From Chitinophaga pinensis (lineage in GTDB: Bacteria > Bacteroidota > Bacteroidia > UKL13-3), in the NCBI GenBank assembly GCA_945898275.1, contig CAMDHZ010000008.1, positions 67,542 through 131,541 on the forward strand: a stretch of DNA of 64,000 bases, given 5' to 3'. A program made the position numbers and the translations under genes. Shown one piece after another: positions 9,830-19,520 of this stretch. Below the pieces are notes generated by a model. That model ran no database searches, had not been told where the DNA came from, and saw only the letters and a program-made list of their open reading frames with translations. The first letter of the stretch is position 1. Every line of letters begins with the position of its first letter.

Positions 9830-11680
9830 ATGACTGCACATATAGATAAAGAAGTTGAATCTGTAGTAATTCGCTTTGCCGGTGACTCTGGCGATGGGAT
9901 GCAACTTACAGGTACTCAATTTACTAATTCAACCGCCCTTTTCGGGAATGACCTAGCTACTTTCCCAGATTTTCCTGCTGAAATACGCGCCCCATTGGGC
10001 ACGCTGGCTGGCGTTTCGGGCTTTCAAATTCATTTTGGTTCAACCCGAGTTTATACCCCTGGCGACCAATGCGATGTATTGGTGGTTATGAACGTTGCGG
10101 CTTTGAAAGTTAACTTAAACGGCCTCAAAAAGGGGGGAGTTATCATTGTTAATACAGATGGATTTGATGCCAAAAACCTTCGTTTAGCGAATGTGCCCGA
10201 AGCAGATAATCCACTGAAAAATGATTCTTTGAGCGAGTATGATGTTAAAACCATCGATGTTACCAAAATTACAAGGACTGCCTTAGCAGATAGCGGATTA
10301 GGAACCAAGGAAATAGACCGTTGCAAAAACATGTTTGTTTTGGGTTTAATTTATTGGATGTACCACCGCGAAATGGACAATACCATAGATTTTATCAAGG
10401 CTAAATTCAAAAAGAATGAAGCAGTGATGAATGCCAATATCAAGACACTGACGGCTGGTTGGAATTACGGTGAAACCACAGAAATGTTTGCCAATAGGTT
10501 CAATGTAGCCAAAGCAAAAATGGACCCAGGTGTTTATCGAGGTATCATGGGAAATCAAGCAGCTACCTATGGCTTAATCGCCGCAGCAGTGAAATCTGGT
10601 TTGCCGTTGTTTTATGGTACCTATCCAATTACTCCCGCATCTGATATCCTGCATGAACTAAGCAAGTATAAGAACTTCGACATCAAAACCTTCCAAGCAG
10701 AAGATGAAATTGCAGGAATTTGTGCTGCTATTGGTGCATCTTTTGGCGGAAGTCTTGCAGTTACTGGTTCATCTGGCCCTGGTATTGCGCTTAAAACCGA
10801 AGCCATTGGCCTGGCAACCATGCTTGAACTGCCGCTTGTGGTGGTAAATGTTCAACGTGCTGGCCCAAGCACAGGTTTACCAACTAAAACCGAACAAGCA
10901 GATTTGTTACAATCCTTCTATGGAAGAAATGGCGAATGCCCAGTAGTTATTTTAGCTGCGCAATCGCCTGCAGATTGTTTTATCATGGCTTATGAGGCTT
11001 GCCGCATAGCCCTTGAACATATGATTCCTGTTTTCTTCCTTTCTGATGGATATATTGCAAATGGTGCAGAACCATGGAAATTCCCAACTGCTGCAGAATT
11101 ACCTGCAATTACAGTTGCTTTTGCAGAGGCTCGAAACAAAGGAGATGAACCTTTTATGCCTTACCTGCGTGATGAAAAACTAGGCAGACCATGGGCAGTT
11201 CCAGGAACAAAAGGCTTAGAGCATAGAATTGGTGGATTAGAAAAACAAAACATTACAGGTAATATCAGTTATGATGCAATGAACCATGAAAATATGGTGA
11301 AATTGCGTCAAGAAAAAGTGGATAGAGTTGCAAATTATATTCCAGCACAAGCTATAGACAATGGTCCGGAAGAAGGTGATTTGTTGATTTTAGGTTGGGG
11401 TGGAACTTACGGAGCACTTAAAACTGCAACCTTGCAACTTAGAGGAATGGGGTACAATGTTTCACATGCCCATTTGCGTTACCTTAATCCTTTTCCTTCT
11501 AACTTGGCAGAATTGTTAGGTAAGTTTAAAAAGGTGGTGATTCCAGAACTCAACAATGGACAATTGGTTAAAATTATCCGTGACAAATATTTTATAGACG
11601 CTATTCCATATAACAAAATCCAAGGTCAGCCCTTTATGGCCGCAGAAGTTGTTGCTAAAATTAAAGAAATACTCGACTGA
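9830..11680 (+). CDS. korA: 2-oxoacid:ferredoxin oxidoreductase alpha subunit (gamma-alpha fusion)
   Basis: [42 protein letters not shown]. Confidence 0.95.
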   Translation: MTAHIDKEVESVVIRFAGDSGDGMQLTGTQFTNSTALFGNDLATFPDFPAEIRAPLGTLAGVSGFQIHFGSTRVYTPGDQCDVLVVMNVAALKVNLNGLKKGGVIIVNTDGFDAKNLRLANVPEADNPLKNDSLSEYDVKTIDVTKITRTALADSGLGTKEIDRCKNMFVLGLIYWMYHREMDNTIDFIKAKFKKNEAVMNANIKTLTAGWNYGETTEMFANRFNVAKAKMDPGVYRGIMGNQAATYGLIAAAVKSGLPLFYGTYPITPASDILHELSKYKNFDIKTFQAEDEIAGICAAIGASFGGSLAVTGSSGPGIALKTEAIGLATMLELPLVVVNVQRAGPSTGLPTKTEQADLLQSFYGRNGECPVVILAAQSPADCFIMAYEACRIALEHMIPVFFLSDGYIANGAEPWKFPTAAELPAITVAFAEARNKGDEPFMPYLRDEKLGRPWAVPGTKGLEHRIGGLEKQNITGNISYDAMNHENMVKLRQEKVDRVANYIPAQAIDNGPEEGDLLILGWGGTYGALKTATLQLRGMGYNVSHAHLRYLNPFPSNLAELLGKFKKVVIPELNNGQLVKIIRDKYFIDAIPYNKIQGQPFMAAEVVAKIKEILD

Positions 11681-11682
11681 TT

Positions 11683-12708
11683 ATGACAGATCTAGCAGAA
11701 AAATTAACAGCTAAAGATTTTTCTTCAGACCAAGAGGTGCGCTGGTGCCCAGGTTGTGGAGATTATTCTATATTAAAGCAAGTTCAAACTGTTTTACCAG
11801 AATTGAACCGACCAAGAGAAGAGTTTGTTTTCATATCAGGGATAGGTTGCTCTTCGCGCTTTCCTTATTACATGGATACTTTTGGTATGCATTCTATTCA
11901 TGGTCGTGCAACAGCCGTGGCTACGGGCTTAAAATCAACCCGCCCAGAGCTTTCAGTATGGATTATCACTGGCGATGGAGATGCCTTATCTATTGGTGGA
12001 AACCACTTCATTCATTTGCTACGCCGCAATCCGGATGTGAATGTATTGTTGTTTAACAACCAAATTTATGGGTTAACAAAAGGACAATATTCTCCAACAT
12101 CTGAGCAAGGTAAGGTAACCAAATCAACGCCAATGGGAAGTTTGGATTATCCTTTTAATCCTATTGCTTTGAGTCTTGGTGCAGATGCAACTTTTGTGGC
12201 ACGCAGCATGGATAGAGACCCGAAGCATTTGCAAATGGTAATCAAAAGAGGCTATGAGCATGCAGGTACTTCCTTGGTGGAAATATACCAAAATTGCAAT
12301 GTATTCAATGATGGCGCATTCGAAATATTTACCGAAAAAGGTTCTAAGAAATTAGAAACCATTATGCTCGAAAATGGCAAGCCACTTGTGTTTGGTGAAA
12401 ACAATGATAAGGGTATAAAACTCGATGGGTTCAAACCGATAATTGTTGATTTGAACGATGCTTCAGTAAACGACCTTTGGATACATGATGAAGAAGACTT
12501 GGTTAAAGCCACTATACTCTCTAGGTTTTATGATGATCCAAGTATTGAAGGTCATTTCCCAAGACCGTTTGGCATTTTCTATGTTAACAACAAGAAAGAA
12601 ACCTTCGATAATTTGTTCAATGCGCAAATCGCATATGCCAAAGAAACTTTTGGCAAAGGAGATTTAGACAAATTGATTGCAGGTAAAGAAACTTGGGTTG
12701 TTAATTAA
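11683..12708 (+). CDS. korB: 2-oxoacid:ferredoxin oxidoreductase beta subunit
   Basis: WCPGCGD, SGIGCS, HGRA, GDGD..NN TPP motif, [11 protein letters not shown]. Confidence 0.95.
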   Translation: MTDLAEKLTAKDFSSDQEVRWCPGCGDYSILKQVQTVLPELNRPREEFVFISGIGCSSRFPYYMDTFGMHSIHGRATAVATGLKSTRPELSVWIITGDGDALSIGGNHFIHLLRRNPDVNVLLFNNQIYGLTKGQYSPTSEQGKVTKSTPMGSLDYPFNPIALSLGADATFVARSMDRDPKHLQMVIKRGYEHAGTSLVEIYQNCNVFNDGAFEIFTEKGSKKLETIMLENGKPLVFGENNDKGIKLDGFKPIIVDLNDASVNDLWIHDEEDLVKATILSRFYDDPSIEGHFPRPFGIFYVNNKKETFDNLFNAQIAYAKETFGKGDLDKLIAGKETWVVN

Positions 12709-12828
12709 TTTTTTGGTTTCGGTTTGAACCGATGATAAAAACATAAATGTTGTTTTTGTTTGGATTTTTAATTTGTAAATTATTAAGAAATGTAATTCTT
12801 AATTTTGAACTAATTAAACAACATAACC

Positions 12829-15411
12829 ATGAAACAATCTTTACCAAAGCAACTTGCTAGGGTATTCTTTTTACTAGCCTTAATCATCATATCAGTTTCC
12901 AGCTATACAAATAGCAGTGGACCGTCAACTGGCAATACTGGTGCCCCTTCAGAATCCGCCTGTGGTGGCTGCCATGGCGTAGCCACAATTACCGGTACCA
13001 ATTATAACGCTATAACCCTAACAGGTATCGCAGGTAATAGTTATGTTGCGGGTCAAACTTATACTGTAACTATCAGCGGCAATGCAGCGGCTACTTCACG
13101 CAATGGTTTCCAAATTACTGCGCTTAATTCATCAAATGCTGCTGCTGGTACATTTACAGCTGGAACTGGAAACACAGCAAGCAGCGCTGGAGGTAGAAAT
13201 TACGTTACTCATAATTCAACTGGTAATACGCAAACTTCATGGAGCTTTCAATGGACAGCACCAAATCCTTCCGTTGGCAATATTACATTTTACCTGGCTT
13301 TCAACGCCACCAATGCCAACTCGGCGACTAGCGGCGATATAGTTTATGCGAAAACATTTACCATCACAAGTGCCGTAGCTGCGCCAGTAGCAACCATCAC
13401 TTCACCAGCCAATGCTGCTGTATTCTGCGTAGGTGATACTGTTCAATTTACTGGAACTGCTACCAATAGCCCTACTAGTTTTGCATGGGATTTCTTAGGT
13501 AATACACCTGCCTCATCCGCACAACAAAATCCAAGAATAGTATTAGGGCCAAATGCAGGTTCTAGAACCATTAGGTTTAGAGCAACCAACGCAGGTGGAA
13601 CTTCACCCAATGCACAAATTGTAATAAATGTTGTGGCTAAGCCAACAGCAACTATTTCAAGTTCAAATACTATAATTTGTGGAACCGACTCAGTTACCTT
13701 AACAGCTAATTCTGGTAACGGACTTAGCTATTTATGGAGCCCAGGAGGGCAAATAACTCAAACTATCAAAACAGCAACACCTGGAAATTATACGGTTCGT
13801 GTAACAAATACGGGCAATTGTTCAATAACGAGCGCAGTAACTACGCTCACAGCTGGAGTTAAGCCTAGTTTAACCGCCACACTTTCTAGCAATAATCTTT
13901 GTATTGGTGATAGCTTAGAAATTACTGCCACACCAGGATTACAAAACTATAAGTACTTTTTTGGTTCAACCCTAATGGATTCAAGTGCCAACAATAAGAA
14001 AAAGTTCTTGATTAACACAGGCTTCTCCACAGTATTTGTTACAGGTTCAAATGGGGTTTGTACGAGTGATCCAGATATAAAATCTGTTAGTATTTCAACC
14101 AAACCTTCTGCTCCAAGTATATCTTGTGGTCCGGTAAATTCTAACTTTGTTTCCTTTACAATTACAGGGAACAATCCACAAATTAGTTTGGATAGTGGTA
14201 AAACATATATTACTCCAAATCAAGGAAACACACATTTAATAACTGGTTTAAGTCCTAATACACAGATTTTAGCATTTGCTAGAACAAGTACATCGGCTCC
14301 TTGTTTATTTTCATTGGCAAGCGGTAAAAGTTGTGCAAGTGCAAACTGTACTCCATTAACCTTGCAAATAAAAGCTCCACGCTACATCTGCGCTAACAAT
14401 CCTACAAGTGATAAAATGATTAAAGTGGTTTCTACAAACGCAACAAACCCATATTATAAGTTTGATTACCCTCAGCCTTTTATTGGCAGCGGTTGGACAA
14501 AATCAGATTCTTTTCCTGCTCAAACTTCACCTTCTGGTGATAGAATTCATAAGGTTACGGTTATTGATTCTGCAAATGCATTTTGCCCAACAAAGGATAC
14601 TAGTTTTACTATTACAGTGGTAAATATTCAGGCGCTGAGCCTCCAATTGAATTTAGATAAAGTTAAGTATTGTTCAGGAGAGTCAATAACTTTTGACATT
14701 TCAAATCCTATTCCAACAAATATCAATAAAATGATTTACTATACAGTTGTTGGTTCAAACCGAACAGAATTTGGCGCTAAAGCTAAACCTAATTATAAGT
14801 TTGGCCCCGTTTCGCTTATTCCAAATTTCCCCAACGGAACAATTGTAACTGCGCAAGCTTTAGATTCTGCTTCTGGTTGTGGCATTTTTTCAAATAATGC
14901 AACCATTAATGTGGATCCTTTGCCAAATGTAGGGTTTACCATTTCTAAAGCTAATTTAGAAGTGGAGCTAACAGATACGAGCAGCAATACTGTAAGAAGA
15001 AATTGGATCATAAATGGTGATACTTTCCCAACAACCAATAAAGTTTACCGCCATGTTTTTGGCACTGCGGGTTCAAAAGTAATTTTAATGGACGCCTTCA
15101 CTGCAAATGACTGTAAAGGTAGCTTAAGCTTACCTGTAAATGTTGTTGCTACAGGTTTATTGGATGCAGCAAATGCTCTAGGAATGCAGTTATATCCAAA
15201 TCCTGCGAATGATAAAGTTACCATTAACTGGGGAGAAAGTGTTGGCCAATTGCAAATGAAAATTTATGATCAATTAGGAAAATTACTTTTAACCAAAGAA
15301 GTTGTAAAAGGGGAGCAATTAGACCTTAAAACTTTTGCTGCTGGGGTTTACACTGTTCAATTAAGTTCAGACGACAAACAAAGTCAGATAAGACTAGTCA
15401 TAGGAAATTAG
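12829..15411 (+). CDS. T9SS-secreted protein: N-terminal Reeler-like/choice-of-anchor V region with CxxCH, then PKD/Ig-like repeats
   Basis: Signal peptide, TGAPSESACGGCH, WSFQWTAP, PTSFAWDF..QNP (PKD), YLWSPGG, C-terminal LYPNPA...GVYTV. Confidence 0.78.
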   Translation: MKQSLPKQLARVFFLLALIIISVSSYTNSSGPSTGNTGAPSESACGGCHGVATITGTNYNAITLTGIAGNSYVAGQTYTVTISGNAAATSRNGFQITALNSSNAAAGTFTAGTGNTASSAGGRNYVTHNSTGNTQTSWSFQWTAPNPSVGNITFYLAFNATNANSATSGDIVYAKTFTITSAVAAPVATITSPANAAVFCVGDTVQFTGTATNSPTSFAWDFLGNTPASSAQQNPRIVLGPNAGSRTIRFRATNAGGTSPNAQIVINVVAKPTATISSSNTIICGTDSVTLTANSGNGLSYLWSPGGQITQTIKTATPGNYTVRVTNTGNCSITSAVTTLTAGVKPSLTATLSSNNLCIGDSLEITATPGLQNYKYFFGSTLMDSSANNKKKFLINTGFSTVFVTGSNGVCTSDPDIKSVSISTKPSAPSISCGPVNSNFVSFTITGNNPQISLDSGKTYITPNQGNTHLITGLSPNTQILAFARTSTSAPCLFSLASGKSCASANCTPLTLQIKAPRYICANNPTSDKMIKVVSTNATNPYYKFDYPQPFIGSGWTKSDSFPAQTSPSGDRIHKVTVIDSANAFCPTKDTSFTITVVNIQALSLQLNLDKVKYCSGESITFDISNPIPTNINKMIYYTVVGSNRTEFGAKAKPNYKFGPVSLIPNFPNGTIVTAQALDSASGCGIFSNNATINVDPLPNVGFTISKANLEVELTDTSSNTVRRNWIINGDTFPTTNKVYRHVFGTAGSKVILMDAFTANDCKGSLSLPVNVVATGLLDAANALGMQLYPNPANDKVTINWGESVGQLQMKIYDQLGKLLLTKEVVKGEQLDLKTFAAGVYTVQLSSDDKQSQIRLVIGN

Positions 15412-15444
15412 TTTCAGTTAGAGATTGGGTTCAAACCTAACCTT

Positions 15445-15495
15445 AAAAAAAAAGCCACCTGCGAAGATTTCATTTTCGTAGGTGGCTTTTTTTTT
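15445..15495. terminator. Bidirectional Rho-independent terminator
   Basis: A-run/AAAGCCACCTGCGAA-loop-TTCGTAGGTGGCTTT/T-run between convergent genes. Confidence 0.88.
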
Positions 15496-15507
15496 GAGAA
15501 AATAAAT

Positions 15508-16677
15508 TTAAACTTCTTCTTCAGTCGCTAATTTTCTTTTATCCCTTGTGCCTTTATAAATTTCAAACTTATGGTAGCGGCATTCTAGGGCGCCATTAAA
15601 TAAGGGAATTCTTTTAGATGGGGCTAATCCTACTTTTTTAAGGGCAGGAATGTTTGAGGAGATAACCCACACATCATAACCATTAAATTCCTTTTTCATG
15701 ATGTCTCCCATTAACTTATAAAATGCACCGATTTCTTCAATAGGCAATCTTTCTCCATAAGGTGGATTAATAATCATAAGGCCGCCTCCTTCGGGGCCTT
15801 TTGCCTCTTCAAACCTTTTGTTGCTTACCGTTATGTCTTCTGCAACATGTGCCCTTTCTGCATTTTCCCTAGTAATTTCAATGGCTTTAAAGGTTTTGTC
15901 GCTACCAGCAATACTGGCTTTTGAGGGGCGCATGTTTTTAATGGCTGTAGCTTTCACACTTTCAAAAATGCCTTTGTCAAAGTTTTTCCAGCTTTCAAAA
16001 CCAAAGCGTTCTCTGTATAAATTTGGAGGCATGTTTTTGGCAATCATTGCTGCTTCAATTAATAAAGTGCCACTTCCGCACATGGGATCATAATAATTGC
16101 CTTCGCCATTCCAGCCTGTAAGCATTATCATACCTGCAGCCAAAACTTCATTGATAGGGGCCAAAGTACTATCTGTGCGGTATCCTCTTCTGTGCAAGCT
16201 TGCGCCAGAACTATTAAGAGCCACGCTTACTTCATCATCATGTATGTGAATGTCTATGCTCAGGTCGGGTTGATCCAAATCTACACTTGGTCGAACACCA
16301 TATTTGTCTCTGAATTGGTCGACAATAGCGTCTTTACATTTAAGAGAAACATAATGGGAGTGAGAGAAAAAGTCACTTCTTAGACTTGTATTAATTGCCA
16401 AAGTTCCATCTTTATCAAGGTATTTGTCCCATTCAATTTCTTGAATCCCTTTATAAAGTTTGTCTTCGTTAATAGCATAAAACTTATGAATTGGAACCAA
16501 TACTTTTAGCGCCGTTCTAAGGCTTAAGTTAGCATGATACATAATGCTTAAATCGCCACTAAAACTTACGGCGCGGTTGTGGGCTTGTACCTCTGTTGCC
16601 CCTAAATTTTGCAACTCTTCTTCCAATAACTCTTCTAAGCCAAATTGTGTTTTGGCAACCATTTTTATCATTTCCAT
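15508..16677 (-). CDS. THUMP-domain class I SAM-dependent RNA methyltransferase (RlmL/YpsC-like)
   Basis: GLEELL, SLHRRGYR..API.EVLAA, DPMCGSGT, NPPYGER. Confidence 0.92.
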   Translation of the reverse strand: MEMIKMVAKTQFGLEELLEEELQNLGATEVQAHNRAVSFSGDLSIMYHANLSLRTALKVLVPIHKFYAINEDKLYKGIQEIEWDKYLDKDGTLAINTSLRSDFFSHSHYVSLKCKDAIVDQFRDKYGVRPSVDLDQPDLSIDIHIHDDEVSVALNSSGASLHRRGYRTDSTLAPINEVLAAGMIMLTGWNGEGNYYDPMCGSGTLLIEAAMIAKNMPPNLYRERFGFESWKNFDKGIFESVKATAIKNMRPSKASIAGSDKTFKAIEITRENAERAHVAEDITVSNKRFEEAKGPEGGGLMIINPPYGERLPIEEIGAFYKLMGDIMKKEFNGYDVWVISSNIPALKKVGLAPSKRIPLFNGALECRYHKFEIYKGTRDKRKLATEEEV

Positions 16678-16857
16678 ACCCTTTAGGATTGTGGGCGAAG
16701 GTAAGGGATAAATTTTATTCCAATAACATGGTAAGCTTTATACCTTATAAAACCGCAACTTGAGAATGACTAGGTTTGATCTAAAAAACTATAAATTTTC
16801 AAATTCAATTGATTTAAGAAGCCAATTATTTAGAAATGATATTGAATAGTAATATCG

Positions 16858-17205
16858 TTAGGTCTTAATTTTTTCAATGTCTTGTATATCTTTTAACAGG
16901 TCATTAAGTTCCTTTTCAGATAAATTTTCTTTTTCTGATTTATCGTAAATTGATAATATATAAACAATGTTTTGATCAATAATTATGTTTGTTATTACCC
17001 TTCCTCCACCAGATTTACCTTTTCCCTTAGATGCAATAGCAATGCGGATTTTGAAGCAATTATTCCCTAAGTTTGTTCCCTGTTGAGGAAATTCCTGTAA
17101 ACTTTCTATTAAAGTTAAAAACTCATTTTTAAGCGATGGGTATTTTTTTGCCAAACGTTTAATTTGCTTCTTAAAAGTTGGAATGGCAATAATACTATAA
17201 CTCAT
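16858..17205 (-). CDS. RelE/ParE-superfamily toxin
   Basis: FKKQIKRLAKKYPSL, KIRIAIASKGKGKSGGGRVI, LSIYDKSE. Overlaps the small upstream gene. Confidence 0.85.
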   Translation of the reverse strand: MSYSIIAIPTFKKQIKRLAKKYPSLKNEFLTLIESLQEFPQQGTNLGNNCFKIRIAIASKGKGKSGGGRVITNIIIDQNIVYILSIYDKSEKENLSEKELNDLLKDIQDIEKIKT

Positions 17206-17401
17206 TCAATAAGTCTTTTGCAGGTATTCCTTTTAGCTTACCTTGTTTAATTAAAGATAATTCATTTACCGCATCCTTAATTTCCTCAAGAAGTAAAGCC
17301 TTTTCATTTGTTAATAATTTTGTTTTAACATAGGATAAACCTTTTAGCACTTCTAATAAGTGCGAAGCTTTATTGTCCTTAATATCTAAAAGTACTTTCA
17401 T
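17195..17401 (-). CDS. Putative antitoxin partner of the RelE-like toxin
   Basis: 68 aa, ends AKDLLNEL, overlaps the toxin start. Confidence 0.75.
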   Translation of the reverse strand: MKVLLDIKDNKASHLLEVLKGLSYVKTKLLTNEKALLLEEIKDAVNELSLIKQGKLKGIPAKDLLNEL

Positions 17402-17561
17402 AACTTATTAATTCTTAGATTTATACTATTCTTTTAGTAAAATTGTTCTATAAAGAAATTGCTGCTACAAATTTATTTAAAAACAACCACTATCAAGAAT
17501 TAATTTAAGAGGTTAAACAATCAACTTAATTTAGAAATAAAATTCAAGTTAAATATTTCAA

Positions 17562-18704
17562 CTACACTTTTTGAAATCCAATAGGTCTGCCTTTTTTAGC
17601 TTCTTGAAAATCTTTTTCCTCTTGGTTGTAAATTGCAGTTAAACTCATGGGTTCTTTTAATTGCGTTTTAAATCCTAATTTATTGGAGAGTTTTTGGGCT
17701 TTCTCAATTTCTAGTTCTTTAAATTCATATTTTGCAATAAGTCTTCCTTTTCTCATTAAAGCACCATCTATTTTAGAAATATCTGTATTAAAAGAGCAGA
17801 TAATCTGAACGTTTAATGAATCAGCCAAAAGTCCATCCGAAATATTTAACAACGCAGAAACAGGTGAATTGCCATCTTTTTCTCTGTCTACAACTATGTT
17901 TTCTGCGTCTTCAATAACCAAAATAGAATTGGGATGGTCTACCAAAATAGAAATCAATTCGGGATTAGTAATGGCAGAAGCCATGTTCGGAGGCAAGAAG
18001 ATTACATTCTTTTTTAAGGAAGCAATAAGGTAACGAATATAGGAGGTTTTACCAGTTCCTGGTTTGCCATGTAACACTACCAAACCCTTGTCATTCTTGC
18101 GAGAAAGTCGTTTGATAATGGTATTGTGAATTTCTTGAAAATCATCATTGTAATTGTCTATGATGTTTAGTTTGGGTTTTTTGATTGGGCAATGAACGGT
18201 CTCAATTCCAGTCATGCCACTGTAAAGCAACAAAATCTCTGGCTTCCCTTTTACAATGCGTTTCTTAAATTTATGGATGCCTTTTACCACTTCTTCTACT
18301 TTGGGTAAGTCTGTTTTGCGGAATAAAAAGCGCACCATGGATTGGTTTGTGTCAAAATCAACTAACAAATCTTCAAATAGAAAGTAAAAGATATCATCTA
18401 ATTCTGCTTTGTTTTGCTTTTTAATGTATTGCCTGCTAAAGTAAAAGTCGTTAATCTCAGGCTCATAATTTTTTACAAACCAATTATTTGCCTTTTGGCA
18501 GTCAATGTCTATTTCACTGATGAAATTTGGAATACAATTAAAATGCGCTGCAAAAAGCGTCATTTCATTAATATAAATATCCCTTCTTCCATTAAATACG
18601 TTTGAAAGATCCATTTTTGCTATAGTTTCGGACAAGCTAATTGGGTTTTTCGAGGCAATTGGATTTGGGTGGTTTTGTGTTTTTTCCATTTGTTCAGGTT
18701 TCAT
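17562..18704 (-). CDS. AAA family ATPase (BCS1-like, Bacteroidota type)
   Basis: Walker A GKPGTGKT, Walker B LVIEDAE, LLNISDG, ALMRKGRL. Exact start uncertain. Confidence 0.85.
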   Translation of the reverse strand: MKPEQMEKTQNHPNPIASKNPISLSETIAKMDLSNVFNGRRDIYINEMTLFAAHFNCIPNFISEIDIDCQKANNWFVKNYEPEINDFYFSRQYIKKQNKAELDDIFYFLFEDLLVDFDTNQSMVRFLFRKTDLPKVEEVVKGIHKFKKRIVKGKPEILLLYSGMTGIETVHCPIKKPKLNIIDNYNDDFQEIHNTIIKRLSRKNDKGLVVLHGKPGTGKTSYIRYLIASLKKNVIFLPPNMASAITNPELISILVDHPNSILVIEDAENIVVDREKDGNSPVSALLNISDGLLADSLNVQIICSFNTDISKIDGALMRKGRLIAKYEFKELEIEKAQKLSNKLGFKTQLKEPMSLTAIYNQEEKDFQEAKKGRPIGFQKV

Positions 18705-18833
18705 AAAGCTGTAAAAAATATCAAGAGAGCTAAGGTAAAAACTAAATAAAAATAGTAAGTCACAAATTATCCATAGTGCATAGTTTACGAGTGACTGAGG
18801 AAAAAAGTATCATTTTATCCCTACTTTCGAGGC

Positions 18834-19520
18834 ATGAATTTTAGACTAATAATCCTTTTCTTTTTTGTGCTCGGTTTGAACCTAAAGCCAGTTCAGGCTT
18901 GCAAGTGTTCCCTTATTTCCATTGAAGATAATTACAAACGTGCCGGATTAATTTTTTATGGTAAACATTTAGGTTCTTTTACCTCAAAAGAAGTTTTTGA
19001 TGCAAATGGTAAACCCCTAAAAGTTGAGAATTTTCAAGTCATTCGCTTTTATAAGGGTGCTGATGATGCTGTTTTAAAACAAGACAGCGCCTTTAAAATT
19101 TCTTTGCAATCTACTTGCAACGAAACTTCTTGTGGCTTTTGTTTTAATGCTGGCAAAAACTATTTGGTTTACGCCTCCATGCACGAGGGCGTATTGGGTG
19201 TTGAAACCGATTTGTGCTCACGTAGTAAAGAGATTATGCAAAACAACTTTATTATATCTGGAGGGGTAGACCCAGATGCTGGAAAAGACGAAACCAAAGA
19301 ATTGATGCGTCTTGCAGCCAATGATACCATTCCTAATAACTTAGTTGCTCAAGGCTTGAAATGGCATGAAAATAAGCTAGCAGATGAAGAAATAAAAAAG
19401 CGTTTACAAAAGGAATTAAGAAAGAAAAATAGTATGAGTCTAACCTTAGCTACCACCACCTTAATCTTATTTTTTTATGTAATTTTGGGTTGGTTCAAAC
19501 CGAATAGAAAAAAGGTTTAA
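18834..19520 (+). CDS. Exported TIMP/NTR-like protein with C-terminal membrane anchor
   Basis: Signal peptide ending VQA, then CKC; later SCGFCF..GKNYLVYA..CSRS; hydrophobic C-terminal helix with basic tail. Confidence 0.6.
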   Translation: MNFRLIILFFFVLGLNLKPVQACKCSLISIEDNYKRAGLIFYGKHLGSFTSKEVFDANGKPLKVENFQVIRFYKGADDAVLKQDSAFKISLQSTCNETSCGFCFNAGKNYLVYASMHEGVLGVETDLCSRSKEIMQNNFIISGGVDPDAGKDETKELMRLAANDTIPNNLVAQGLKWHENKLADEEIKKRLQKELRKKNSMSLTLATTTLILFFYVILGWFKPNRKKV

